Shown: positions 32,501 to 41,900 of the stretch, piece after piece
Position numbering within the stretch: position 1 is the first letter of the stretch
Layout of the letters: each line of letters begins with the position of its first letter
Notes under the pieces: generated by a model
What the model was told of the DNA's origin: nothing
The model's database searches: none
What the model saw: only the letters and a program-made list of their open reading frames with translations
Assembly: GCA_965216295.1 (NCBI GenBank)
Contig: OZ244141.1
Span: forward strand, 4,864-68,863
Length of the DNA: 64,000 nucleotides
Reading direction: 5' to 3'
Source: Minisyncoccota bacterium
Lineage (GTDB): Bacteria; Patescibacteriota; Minisyncoccia; Phycocordibacterales; JABAAK01
Translations under genes and position numbers: made by a program

Positions 32501-35500
32501 CGGTGTGTAAGATTCATAAGTCAAAGCGGCACTCGTACAATCCGCCAGACTGTCTGTCATAAGGGTGGATGTCCTAGAAAACTCAAATGTAACTAATCCT
32601 GCAGACTCTGCTTGTGGGACATATCCTGTTAAACCGCTGTTATTAATACCTGCATTGAAAATTTTAATCGGTGCTGGTTTTACAAGAGTGAAAAAGAATT
32701 TGATTGACCTAAAATTGAATGCGGCATCTGGGTTAGCAAAACATGTATAATATTTTTGATGTGAGTAAGTATCGTTTGTTCTTAAATCTTTAGGGGATAT
32801 CACCGTTCCACTCTCGAAGTAATCATAGTCTCTTGCATATTCTGAGAAAGAACACGGATTGTTCTCTGCATTTGCATCTATATCAGAGTAGTTGAATTCC
32901 GAAGAGAGCACACCCTCTGGTGGTGACAAAATCACTAAAGGTCTAGTATCGTTGCCAACCTTACTGAATGCTAAGTAATTGACACCACCTTCTGTTTGTA
33001 TAACAGCAGGATTTCCTGTAACAGTGTACTCTGAGGGAAGCGTTCTATCTACTGTGTATTGGAAAGATACATAGACACCGGCTCCTTCAATCTCTCCTTT
33101 TACACATATCTTATATGTGGTTCCATCTGCGATAAAGCTTGAGTCTTGGTTTGTGGGGATTGATGTATAAGGATAATTACTTATATTTTCACACTGTGTG
33201 CTGCTTACATTTGATCCTGACCTAACAGCATATTTTATATTGGCTGAGCCGTTTGCAGATACTGTAAATATCGGTACTGCATTTCCATCTGCCCTATACT
33301 CTGCCCCTTGTATGTTTAGATAATTTACACCCTCATTGCTGTATATTACCCTTGAATTGGGTGTGATGACGGGTGGTTTTGCAGTGGAAAAGTCTAACTG
33401 TGCCTCTGTGCTGATATTACCTGCTACATCAGTTTGCTGTGTATATATTGTATGAGATTCCAGACTAAGACTGGTTGTCGAAATGGTGGTGCTAGTCCCG
33501 TCAACATAAGAACCATCGTCTAGTTTATATTTCCAAGACGAACCAGATACTGTCTCCAAGTCGCCTATTGTTATAGTTTCAGCTGATTTATCAAAAGAAA
33601 GTGACGGAGGAACAGGGTTGACAAAGTCGAGTTCGACTGGACTATTTACCACACCGGCCTCACCAGTTTCTCCATACTTATCTGTTGTAAACACTTTTAT
33701 TTCTATAGTCCCAGTGTCGGTAATGATGATGGTATTGCCTGTGCCTACCATATTTTCATCTCCATTTTTCGTTATTTGAACATCATTCACTTTGTATGAG
33801 TATGTCCAAGATGCCACCTCTTCTGATATTGCGACAGTAAAAATCCCATTGTTTGTAATACCGTCAGTATCACTGTATCCAGTGTCTTCTTGAAGAATTG
33901 CCTGAGGTCCAGTTGGTCCACCACCTTTAGTTACCACAAAATCAAAGGAACCATAGTCTGTATTAGCAGACAAAGAATTGATAACCTTAACACAATATCT
34001 ATAATTTCCACTCCTCCTACTGTAATTATTGAAATATTTGTTAGTTATATCGTTATGTGTAGAAGCATATTCTGTATCTGCAATAGTTTCACAGGTCTGC
34101 TCAGCCCCTGGATTAAGTATAAGAGCGGATGTTGTTGTAATGTCAGCTGAGGGGTTTGTCGTTATTGTAAATAATCTACTAGTCTGTTGTGTGTGTTCAA
34201 TTGTTTGATCAGTCAAAAACCGTATAGTGTTGCCATTCTCCTCTATCTGACCAAAGATTGAGTTTGGTACAATGGTGATTGTTACAACTGAATCATAAGT
34301 GGCTTTAAACCTAAAAGGATCAGTTACCCCTGTTCCACCACCACTGCCTCCTAGTCTTGCTTGGACACAGAAGATGTAATCGTTGCCGTGCACTATACTA
34401 CTGTCGTCATTTTTTATGTTACCTGCTTGGTAGGATGCATTGTCTGTAGGACACACCTTAGAATTATCACTATTATCCTCAGAGACATGATAGTGATACG
34501 AAACTTGACGGTCCAGTGTGGGTGGGGTTTCTGGGTCTGTTGTAAATATATCAACAGGATTACCGTTGTCCCTTTGGGTTCTATTTTCAGAGTTTAAGAA
34601 ATAATTCCCAGAATCTGCCGGATATTCTGTAATATTGGCAGGGACAATAGTAGGGATAGGTGGGTTGTTGGATATGTGCTCCGCCGTAAAAGAACTAAAA
34701 TCCTCTAAAATAAAAGATGGTGAAGATGATGACGAAGGTGCTCGTGCATATGCGAATTCATACCTATTAGGATATGATGTGTCAGGAGACTTGACCTGTA
34801 GCGAAGTTACACCCGCTGGAAATCGACCTCGTGCAAAGTTATTTCCTCCGCTATCTGTAGTGATAGAAATTGGAGAGGTTGTGTTTTGATCTACCCAGGT
34901 AAGAGGCCCATCTGTTCCATTGATCTTACTTAATATAGCAAAATAGTCTCCCGCTTCTCCAGTTATTGTAAGAACACCTTCATCGGTTATCGTTGGTGTG
35001 TCTGGACTTACAAAGGGAGTTCTGTATCCTCGATTTGGGCTCTGAGTCAAACCATCATCGCCATTTAGAAAATATGAAAAAGTATAAACCTTACCTCTAT
35101 CTAAAGACTGTGCTGGTTGTATGTACACATCTAATTCTGGCACTTTATTTCCGAAAATAAATAAACGCCCAACTATAGTTGCCACCAGAGCATTTGATTC
35201 ATATTCTATATCTAATGTGTTTTCAGCTCCATATGTATGTATAGGATCAACGAAAGTATACCCATCTGAGTCAATAAACTCACTCAGGTTTACAGTTACT
35301 TCATTTATGGTAAGCGTTCCGCTAACATTAGTACTTGATGCCAAACTGGTTTTAATCCTAGTTATGATAACTGGCTCATCAAATTTTATTACCACTTTTT
35401 CAGCATCACGACTAGATATTACACCCTTCTTATCGTACACACTAATTTTGTCCCCTCTGCCAAAATCGGCTATATAACTGTAAATACCATCATTCGTAAA

Positions 35501-35995
35501 ACAATTTCCACCATTCTTCCCAGCCTCAGTATTAATATTATAACCACCAGTTTTTATAAATGGATTGCCTGCTCGGTTATAAACTTTGCAAGAAGTAATA
35601 ATTGAATTACCAGACGATCGGATTGATAAAATATCTTCTTCTGCTGATTCAGAAAATTGCCCTCGTGCAAGGTATGGGTTACTGCCACTTGTAGTGATTG
35701 TTCTGGGAAGAGCAACATTCTTCTCTACCCAAGTAATATGTGTGACGGCAGATTCAATTTCACTTGCTACATCAAAAGTCCGACTCTGATCAGAACCTGT
35801 TATTTTAATAATTGGTTTTAATGGATCATCCGTGTTTACTATCTCTGGTCGTAAAGGGTCTACCGCAAAAGTAGCCTGAGTGAATATAAATGCAGATATC
35901 ACCAAGAAAAAGAGTCCCCAAACATATGATTTGGAGTGAAGATTATTCATTTTTTGTTTTTTCATTCTACTTGTCATATTACTACAATTATACAT
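23561..35995 (-). CDS. Giant secreted Ig-like repeat surface protein 2 (4144 aa) with C-terminal peptidoglycan-binding domain
   Basis: Signal peptide (...QATFA); many DTG.SxSDGITN, DxAGN and IDT.PP motifs; same PG-binding tail. Start overlaps the upstream stop (TAATG); the true start may be a nearby downstream Met. Confidence 0.9.
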   Translation of the reverse strand: MYNCSNMTSRMKKQKMNNLHSKSYVWGLFFLVISAFIFTQATFAVDPLRPEIVNTDDPLKPIIKITGSDQSRTFDVASEIESAVTHITWVEKNVALPRTITTSGSNPYLARGQFSESAEEDILSIRSSGNSIITSCKVYNRAGNPFIKTGGYNINTEAGKNGGNCFTNDGIYSYIADFGRGDKISVYDKKGVISSRDAEKVVIKFDEPVIITRIKTSLASSTNVSGTLTINEVTVNLSEFIDSDGYTFVDPIHTYGAENTLDIEYESNALVATIVGRLFIFGNKVPELDVYIQPAQSLDRGKVYTFSYFLNGDDGLTQSPNRGYRTPFVSPDTPTITDEGVLTITGEAGDYFAILSKINGTDGPLTWVDQNTTSPISITTDSGGNNFARGRFPAGVTSLQVKSPDTSYPNRYEFAYARAPSSSSSPSFILEDFSSFTAEHISNNPPIPTIVPANITEYPADSGNYFLNSENRTQRDNGNPVDIFTTDPETPPTLDRQVSYHYHVSEDNSDNSKVCPTDNASYQAGNIKNDDSSIVHGNDYIFCVQARLGGSGGGTGVTDPFRFKATYDSVVTITIVPNSIFGQIEENGNTIRFLTDQTIEHTQQTSRLFTITTNPSADITTTSALILNPGAEQTCETIADTEYASTHNDITNKYFNNYSRRSGNYRYCVKVINSLSANTDYGSFDFVVTKGGGPTGPQAILQEDTGYSDTDGITNNGIFTVAISEEVASWTYSYKVNDVQITKNGDENMVGTGNTIIITDTGTIEIKVFTTDKYGETGEAGVVNSPVELDFVNPVPPSLSFDKSAETITIGDLETVSGSSWKYKLDDGSYVDGTSTTISTTSLSLESHTIYTQQTDVAGNISTEAQLDFSTAKPPVITPNSRVIYSNEGVNYLNIQGAEYRADGNAVPIFTVSANGSANIKYAVRSGSNVSSTQCENISNYPYTSIPTNQDSSFIADGTTYKICVKGEIEGAGVYVSFQYTVDRTLPSEYTVTGNPAVIQTEGGVNYLAFSKVGNDTRPLVILSPPEGVLSSEFNYSDIDANAENNPCSFSEYARDYDYFESGTVISPKDLRTNDTYSHQKYYTCFANPDAAFNFRSIKFFFTLVKPAPIKIFNAGINNSGLTGYVPQAESAGLVTFEFSRTSTLMTDSLADCTSAALTYESYTPPDIVYAWVTSLSPTTPLVENQTCFKATDFVGNISYKNSKNSEDGTVTKFLPVTANGEEVAGKTVDDIRYTKDGEISFTGLSVPNTQVNIYIQAHSDSLSWTVAPIEVAVSVDGTFEVPIQTFANGRYDIGASVIASGLDPTAIKKILDLEVNTSPPQPLTFNINPSAFIEKIEGGVPRYFITSNTFYGEPEDIILELDSEGYPDPVIRSFGTKPISTTGDVPDSYCDPTSSQYIGLLSRIDSGYSTTPVIKHYMLNRYTIGNVKDPIPDGRWANCFRLKDSFGNTSYKVFNFQVDKAPPNPPTVNLKDDTEDAEDLVSDPTLSISDLETVEGTQWSYDVYAKKTSLTLSDTTLTTTGASPTSIGTYSFPIIDQDASLIKENGKMLVRAVDLNGKLLNRDIEFSTIAGYGANLLASKGSLFSPVGSNAFDFVGGKIQGVYFDGNNIVISITTTFNASLSNYKDRFRFEIFYGHLRGSEYADTTSDTAEITPGAKLNSGERFTVIRQKDDLENTGFTAFKYILTLGRKQIPTIAVSPPEIPTTPILRIVGRPGDHFAIKTINLTNDNPYSAMWTDTDTSNPITITTDTTNSPYLARGQFPARVSKDLPNDYKTVVPEFSYCKFFGLDGSPYETYYGDADDSLTAATSCVYYANDIFSTVYSSSEVGEVVFVKKPADDNSSQAYPEKLVIKFTEPYVITAVKFGLGGFLDNFDDSNAVTVSGSDSSGQDAIQGLTAYEVVSSRSVDILFDSPVYTKGPENEIVISLTEDVSDNQSLSGFQIKGYPASMESAVEIQLDNHLESRLDYEFSYALGYASPDTSSHFGATLNYNPSKPPLTPPTVTFTDVGLSSVVDVASGRSQAVHNSNEQAIKDGSTNDPLVSITIPTIPEGGTLTSVEYSLDDGENWQTATITSNPLVASIDLDNHGEGKYKVRARYTVSKTGGITETSVGSETVDITYDTTPPDLSGLVITPDENVLVKIGPTYYLNIENSSKSLPIVTTNTPEESLLNIQSGVLLTASSFEESDCESISYTTIHSTHTNTFYPVSYTLFETGKEYGLCLGFFDYAGNIAYRVFRFTYTSVVHDTVFTANEDMVEYDDDADPQTDAKNYLNLVLSRQNPSSAIVTADPASNVQFRYKIVTADTSCDSEDYGDDSSTAYDSPIKTDDSFMTADGDYRVCVRSVNQYKNKSYANYDFTRDTVVPEGNNPFVLTGDSDSGVQGDNKTNDTTPNFEIESLENGETVKTYIYNKTTEGTDVDPEDLTIIAETGNSATIAFGNNVAISDLVDGEYDIRFQVRDAAGNVSALENNSLIITIDTTPPSIPLIPNLIDEDDTFGKYNNTLRVGTNTDNITNKINNLHFTLTSGNDNDDDNYQIFLYRIPVDVFAEGDEIDRDTLEPVGQAPENPYTANVYDVTNFDANTNKRVVETYTSDTIIDEERVNGREFYFVALQTDEAGNFSDIASTPVYTLTIDNTPPISWFNDLEISSNVQTTATDITFGSDGRSQSAKEDLEYYAILLRRQIVEEDSGNLIDDPNDVAFDPTSSGYKQGTILVENEDGYSVNIPYIDLGIGEDGNSRSYDAWYQVTAFAVDRAGNMVQGIDTTQIKFLEIPKKITNLRLLQSDDTGVSNSDGITNVVDGWQISGQFGKTNGEKIAGSETAVDYIELTILYGDNTPKVIPIEKPSAGEWGVVSGTSGENTIYEFSKVFEFDEEILAQDGEYQIRVQAFDDGGLHSPLSDILNIQLDTVVPTESELASFVYVYNPTLTAGNKHAFTITRNADSDVGDVSIYDDSTAIEETPSYDLVDSDQYTITTSASPDKPFATVTYKLKDRAGNESDSIQFPETLTPSKWSVYRTDNANSFVALDTSTQAIATSDLLSSSATCGVNTVEPTPYVQGSEIETTTGKACFTSLLTEGIYQAYAYQSSVNAQDPLISEFGIVSDDDTAAKGDRITKTTSVRLMGTAVAGTTGVRIINSDGDDLPVEVESDETFQTEVVDLQEGRNNFFGYVTDANGVEVGPLPLLPITLDTQAPATASTFIFSSDLFTFTTPQYLNKEKKAKRLNTVGISLGTTVTTAGIFDSFALVESTVECDDTSSYTNPITNEAAGLTEGSQKICIQTTDAAGNSVYGSSLEFVVDTTPPVVSIIKAGVANGNEGFVAAAEDLTTTIMHSFQTTVASSAASVDCSVQTPYISYKSPVILRTTGGNNPKQLCFAATDVAGNKGYKNSKEGEDGVAGLALSDTSIISSVVESVIYVGTTSIGLSGITPAGATVHLYKTERGTEAWAPLLPEFAADATTGQFTTDAITLPQGEYDIAGSITPVGETVETIRIKLLSITIDTVKLPTLTLDSNAAFTNTNRQTIYACGLSIADSAYTDSSKVKFYDGDFFVTDGTITIVDNGGECATGKVIRLSGHSFANGENSITVTIDDYAGNTSDRAIPFNLFIDTTAPVQTSFPFTKGDGELYTRSFTFTDITTISIAGTTVPYSFTQAVRVPAGAAPGVRRVSDTSVTDAGGNTVSLRVRVDNQAPTVSVREQFNVSNKRKPYLEVTVARNQASVFATEEEILTPVFAGKCSDFSVIEGQYISTSNDSADYTITINSPSSETYDDCTIQFTDEAGNLSNAITLDSFRIASSGGSGGGNGSRSIKAPEIVTNGDEVIETPTEEEVVTDKAPALPTTQETLLFTKPLKLGDEEKEVKQLQQFLNNQGFTVTDQGAGSPGQETEYFGPATKRALEQYQEAYKEEILTPLGLSAPTGVLGPATIQHIQEQTEQPIPEEEVIIIQQPDRGDTTTGTITMLRKAINALLERITTLRTQKQEDVDERERQRERQVEIEKQAVIETERREEFDRFIDLNIDSAFRYPDSLSAPSIQTSTPPLPIPPLPIEVLKPAERKVEEKRQPFVQPTQGTILQESTIQPANLPSRVFSAPEAYSTNDNVPTSSQDDVPQEKDQKVENQQSVTPPGGEGFQGSFFPRVKEGTRSIPNI
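23594..24949. repeat. Near-identical ~1.3-kb 3' block shared with 36040-37353; core also at ~17756-18151
   Basis: Base-by-base match from cacccgagggaaaaatgatcc to ttggtgcttggttgtctac, with few substitutions and in-frame indels. Confidence 0.95.
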
Positions 35996-38900
35996 TAGAA
36001 ACCTTCGCCATTAAATCGCAAAGCATCTCTTTCCACTTCCACCCGAGGGAAAAATGATCCCTGAAAACCCCCTCCCCCTGACTGTTGATTTTCTACCTTT
36101 TGATCCTTTTCTTGTGGTACATCATCTTGGCTACTTGTTGGTGCGTTACCATTGGTGAAGTAAGCTTCTGGAGCACTGAAAACTCGGGAGGGTAAGTTTG
36201 TTGATTGTGTTGTTGATTCTTGTAGTATTGTTCCTTGTGTTGGTTGTACGACTGGTTGTCGTTTTTCTTCTACCTTTCGTTCTGCTGGTTTTGGTACTTC
36301 AATAGGGAGAGGAGGGGTTGATACTTGAATGCTTGGTGCACTGAGAGAATCAGGGTATCGGAAGGCACTATCAATATTGAGATCAATGAAACGATCAAAC
36401 TCTTCTCTTCTCTCGGTCTCTATCACTGCTTGTTTTTCAATCTCCACTTGCCTTTCTCTTTCATCAACATCCTCTTGTTTTTGTGTTCTGAGGGTAGTGA
36501 TTCTTTCGAGGAGTGCGTTGATTGCTTTTCTGAGCATAGTAATGGTGCCGGTGGTGGTATCACCACGGTCTGGTTGAATGATGATTACTTCTTCTTCTGG
36601 TATGGGTTGTTCTGTTTGTTCTTGGATGTGCTGTATGGTTGCTGGTCCGAGGACACCGGTTGGTGCAGACAGTCCTAGTGGAGTGAGTATCTCTTCTTTG
36701 TATGCTTCTTGGTATTGTTCCAGAGCTCTCTTGGTTGCTGGTCCAAAGTATTCTGTTTCTTGTCCTGGTGATCCTGCTCCTTGGTCTGTAACGGTGAATC
36801 CTTGATTGTTGAGGAACTGTTGTAGTTGTTTCACTTCTTTCTCTTCATCTCCTAGTTTGAGAGGTTTGGTGAACAAGAGTGTTTCTTGTGTTGTTGGGAG
36901 AGCGGGTGCTTTGTCGGTTACTACTTCTTCTTCTACTGGTGTCTCTGTGACTTCATCACCATTTGTTACGATTTCTGGTGCTTTGATGCTTCGTGAACCA
37001 TTGCCACCACCGCTGCCGCCACTTGAAGCTATTCTAAAGGAATCAAGGGTTATGGCATTTGAGAGGTTCCCTGCTTCATCAGTGAACTGAATAGTACAGT
37101 CATCATATGTCTCTGAACTTGGAGAGTTGATGGTGATGGTATAGTCTGCAGAATCATTTGAAGTAGAGATATACTGTCCTTCAATGACTGAGAAGTCAGA
37201 ACACTTTCCAGCAAAGACAGGGGTGAGTATCTCTTCTTCTGTAGCAAAGACAGATGCTTGATTTCTGGCAACAGTTACTTCTAAATACGGCTTTCTCTTG
37301 TTTGATACATTAAACTGTTCTCTGACTGATACTGTTGGTGCTTGGTTGTCTACACGAACCAATAACTCAATACTGTTTCCTGAGAGATCGGCAACGAATA
37401 GTCCAGTAGATCTAGTTCCAACTTCCGCAGCAGATGGAACAGCAACTTCTCTGGTGAAGGTGTTTTGTATCCTTGTATTTGCTGCGTTATTGTTTATTAT
37501 CTGTAGTTCGTTTGCATCGGTAACGGTAAATGAAAGTCTTTTGGTAACACCAGATTGTACAAAAGGAAAGCCTGTCTGAACTGGTGCTGTAGTATCTACA
37601 GTAAATGTGCCAATACTGGTTGATGCAACATTACCTGCGTAATCTTCTGCTTGAACGGCACAATTGTTGTAGACAAATCCGTCTTCAAGTGCTGACCCAT
37701 TTGATGATGTAAGTGTGATAGTTTTTGAACCTGTTAGGAAATCACTTAACGGTGTATTAGTGCCACATAATCCTGTAACACTCAATCGTACATACTCCTC
37801 AGCTTGTACACGTATAGCGGGTATTGTGAACGATGTTATTCTTATAACTGGTGCGGAGTTGTCTATTACTAGATCAAAAACTTTTACAACAGTGGTGTGT
37901 GGTGAATCTGCAGATGGTTTGATAGAACCGGCTACATCATAGTCTCCACTTGAAAGTGATACTGATTCTGAAACAAAGCTACCATCTGTGCCAGAGTTTG
38001 TGGTTAACACATGTAATGCATTTGATTCTGACCAGTCTGTGTTGCCCTCTAGTGCTATATATAACTTTACTTCTGTATTTGGTGATGTCTGTCCCTTAAA
38101 TGTTACTGAGTTTGCCTTTGTATATCTTTTATCATCTCTTGAAGTTCCAGGAGCGCTATCATCAATTGTAATACTTGCTATTCCCTCTATTGCTCTTTTT
38201 GAATTTCTGTATCCTATATTTCCTGCTGCATCAGTTGCCTTGAAACATATTTGATTGTTGGTAGATATGGTGCCACCAGTATATGAAGTATATGAGGATG
38301 AGTAACCTTGAGCAGAACAATTTTCAGCAGCGGCACTGTTGGCTTTGTCTGTCTGAAAACTTTGTATTGTTGTGGGCGTCAAGTCGCTTACCGTTGCTGC
38401 AAACGTATCATTCCCTACTTTTATTATTGTTATGTTCGGTGTCGTGATGTCTACTGTAAAGAGGAATGAGTTGGATGTACTGTATGCCGTGTTACCAGCT
38501 ATATCAGAATTTTTAACACATATCTTTTTATCACCATCAATTAAGCCTACGTTGTCATTTGTTATTTCTTCGGTGTAATCAATCACACTACTATCACATT
38601 CAGTCGTTGCATCAACAATTGCATAGTTATTAGATACACCAGTAACCGCAGTCACAGATCCTAATGATGCTGGTGTGCCTGTGCTGTATATGTTTGCACC
38701 ATTTAGATATTTTGTAGTGGTGCCGGTTAACAATGCAGATGGAGTGAACTTTGATATTGCTGGACTCTTTGTATCTAAAGTAATGGTTGGAAGTGTTGTT
38801 GGCCCTATCTCTGATCCATCTATAGTGATGTAGCCTGAAAAAGTGTTTATTCCTTCATGTAATTCAGTCGATGGAATATTGATAAGTCCATTGTCATCAG

Positions 38901-41900
38901 TAGTACCGTTGTATACTTCTGTTTCATTTTTTTCAAAAACATCAACTTTAAACTTTCCTGTAAACAAAGCTTGTCCTTTGGTGATAGAGCTACCTGGCTC
39001 AATTGGTTCTCTTAGTTCTGCAATTCTAGTAAATTCAACACCAGTGGTACTCCCAAAATTCCCACTGGTGCTCCATCCTTTTACATCATATGATTTACCA
39101 GACTCTTCATTGGTTATTCTTATGTATGCCTTCTCAAAAAATGCATCGGTACCAATATTAAATCGATACGCAATCCCATTGATTTCAAGTGCAGTAAGAG
39201 TATTAAAGAGATAGGTTATTGTTTCAATAACCACATTTTTCTCTTCTGAGGTACCCTTTCCCAAAGTAAAAGAGATGATACCTCCTGGGGCTTCTCCAAG
39301 ATTAGATACCCGCAAATTATTTTTCGAATACCCTGTATGCTTATTATTATCTCCAGTTTGACCACCACTAGTAATCACTCCGCCATAAACAGATTGATGT
39401 ATAACTCTAGCTGGAGTGTTTGGTAGAGTGACACCTTGAAGATCTGGAGACACTACGTTGGTTATCCTGTCATTATTAGACACGCCTGTATCTTCATCTG
39501 CCACAACACTAAAGTCTGATATTAACGAAGAAGCTCTTTTTGAATTTTTGTATCCTATATTTCCTGCTGCATCAGTTGCCTTGAAACATATTTGATTGTT
39601 GGTAGATATGGTGCCACCAGTATATGAAGTATATGAGGATGAGTAACCTTGAGCAGAACAATTTTCAGCAGCGGCACTGTTGGCTTCGTCTGTCTGAAAA
39701 CTTTGTATTGTTGTGGATGTAAGATCATTTGCCACTGCTATAAATTCATCATTGCTTGAAGAGTCTTGCCCTACTTTTATTATTGTTATCTCTGGTGCCG
39801 TAGTGTCTACTGTAATATTTGTGCTCCCGTATACCGTGTTACCAGCTATATCAGAATTTTTAACACATATCTTTTTATCACCATCAATTAAGCCTGCATT
39901 GTCATTTGTTATTTCTTCGGTGTAATCAATCACACTACTATCACATTCAGTCGTTGCATCAACAAGTGCATAGTTATTAGATACACCAGTAACTGCAGTC
40001 ACAGATCCTAATGATGCTGGTGTGCCTGTGCTGTATATGTTTGCACCATTTAGATATTTTGTAGTGGTGCCGGTTAACAATGCGGATGGAGTGAACTCTG
40101 GTACTGCTGGACTCTTTGTATCTAAGGTAATAGTTGGAAGTGTTGTTGGCCCTATCTCTGATCCGTCTATAGTGACGTAACCCAAGAAGTTGTTTACTCC
40201 TTCTTGTAATTCAGTCGCTGGAATATTGATAAGTCCATTGTCATCAGCAGTACCGTTGTATATTTCTGTTTTCGCTTTTTCAAAAACCTCAACTCTAAAC
40301 TGTCCTGTAAAAAAAGCTTGTCCTTTGGTGATAGAGCTACCTGGCTCAATTGGTTCTTTTAGTTCTGCAATTCTAGTAAATTCAACACCAGTGATACTCC
40401 CAGTATTCCCAATGCCGGTCCAGCTTTTTACATCATATGATTTACCAGATTCTTCATTGGTTATTCTTATGTATGCCTTCTTATTAAAAAATGTATAGGT
40501 GTCAATATTAAATTGATACGCAATCCCTTGGACTGAAGCTTCAGTATCATCAAAGATATAGGTTATTGTTTTAATAACCACATTGCTCTCTTCTGAAGTA
40601 CCCTCTCCCAAAGTAAAAGAGGTACCGCTTGCTGGAGCTATTCCAAATCCAGTCTTATCAGTCCCAGATATACTGTCCGAATACCCTGTATGCCTATTAT
40701 TATTTCCTAGTGCATTAATACCACCAGTAAACACTTCGTTATAAACAGATTGGTAACCGTCGTGTATAACTCTAGCTGGAGTGTTTGGTAGAGTGACACC
40801 TTGAAGATCTGGAGACACTACATTGGTTATCCTGTCATTATTGGACACACCTGTGTCTTCATCTGCCACAACACTAAAGTCTGGTATCAATGAACTTTCT
40901 GCATTACTACTGGTCTGGTAAGAGTTGGTTTCATACCGTCCTTCAGTTAAGCTAGACTGAAAACATACTGTTGCTTCAGAAATATTTACCACGGTACCTT
41001 CTGTGTAAGAATCATATCCGTCGGATACACAACCTTCAGATTTTTTTAAGATAGTACTTGAAGATGTATCATCAACTGCAACATATTGAGTAGCATCTCC
41101 TTCAACATCATAGATACTTATCTCTACAGGGACTATGGGAAGTATGATAAGGTCTGATATATTACCTGCTGCATCAACTAATTTATATCCTATGGTCAAA
41201 GGAAGATCACCAAGGGTGGTATAGGAACCATTAAAAATATTACTTGCATTAAAAACATAATTGCCTTCATTGTATATATTACTTTCCGTATCGTCGTCAT
41301 TAATTCTTACTATCTCTATGTCTCTAACGTCACTTGCGTCGTTTCTAGATGCTGTAAATGTGTGTTGAGTGTTCGAATTATTTTCTACGATTTTGTTATA
41401 TGCATATTTAAATGTTAATAGATCTTCTGCTACTGGAACTATGGTATCAAGAGTTACATTTAATGCGTCAGAAGACGCTCCTTCTTCTCCACTGGCGTTA
41501 AATGTCCTTGCTCTTATCTCATATGCCCCATCGATACCTACAAATCCGTTTTCATTTAACGAAATTGCCTCACTAAACTGATAAATTGTATCATCACCAG
41601 ATCCTGTTGATGCCCACCCATCATCTGGTTTCGGTATGTCTACTGTTCTTACATTAGATGTTCCGTCTGTGGTGGGATAACCAATACTTATCTGAACTAA
41701 TGTTACTGTTGTTTCAATATCAAAGTTTTTTTCTCCTTGTGTCTTTGGAAATTCACCAGAAATTGTCCACACATCATTATCGCTAGTGATATTATCATCA
41801 TCTGCTACACCTGCTGTATCATCATCAGAAGACAAGTCTATATTCTCTGGAATAGGTGGCGCTTCTAAAACCTTAATGTTTGTAGTATCTGATCCTGCTC

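Noticed and set aside
38190-40895. Diversity-generating retroelement TR/VR pair
   Set aside because: No reverse transcriptase in the window; differences include indels and non-adenine changes; both copies are in-frame coding.
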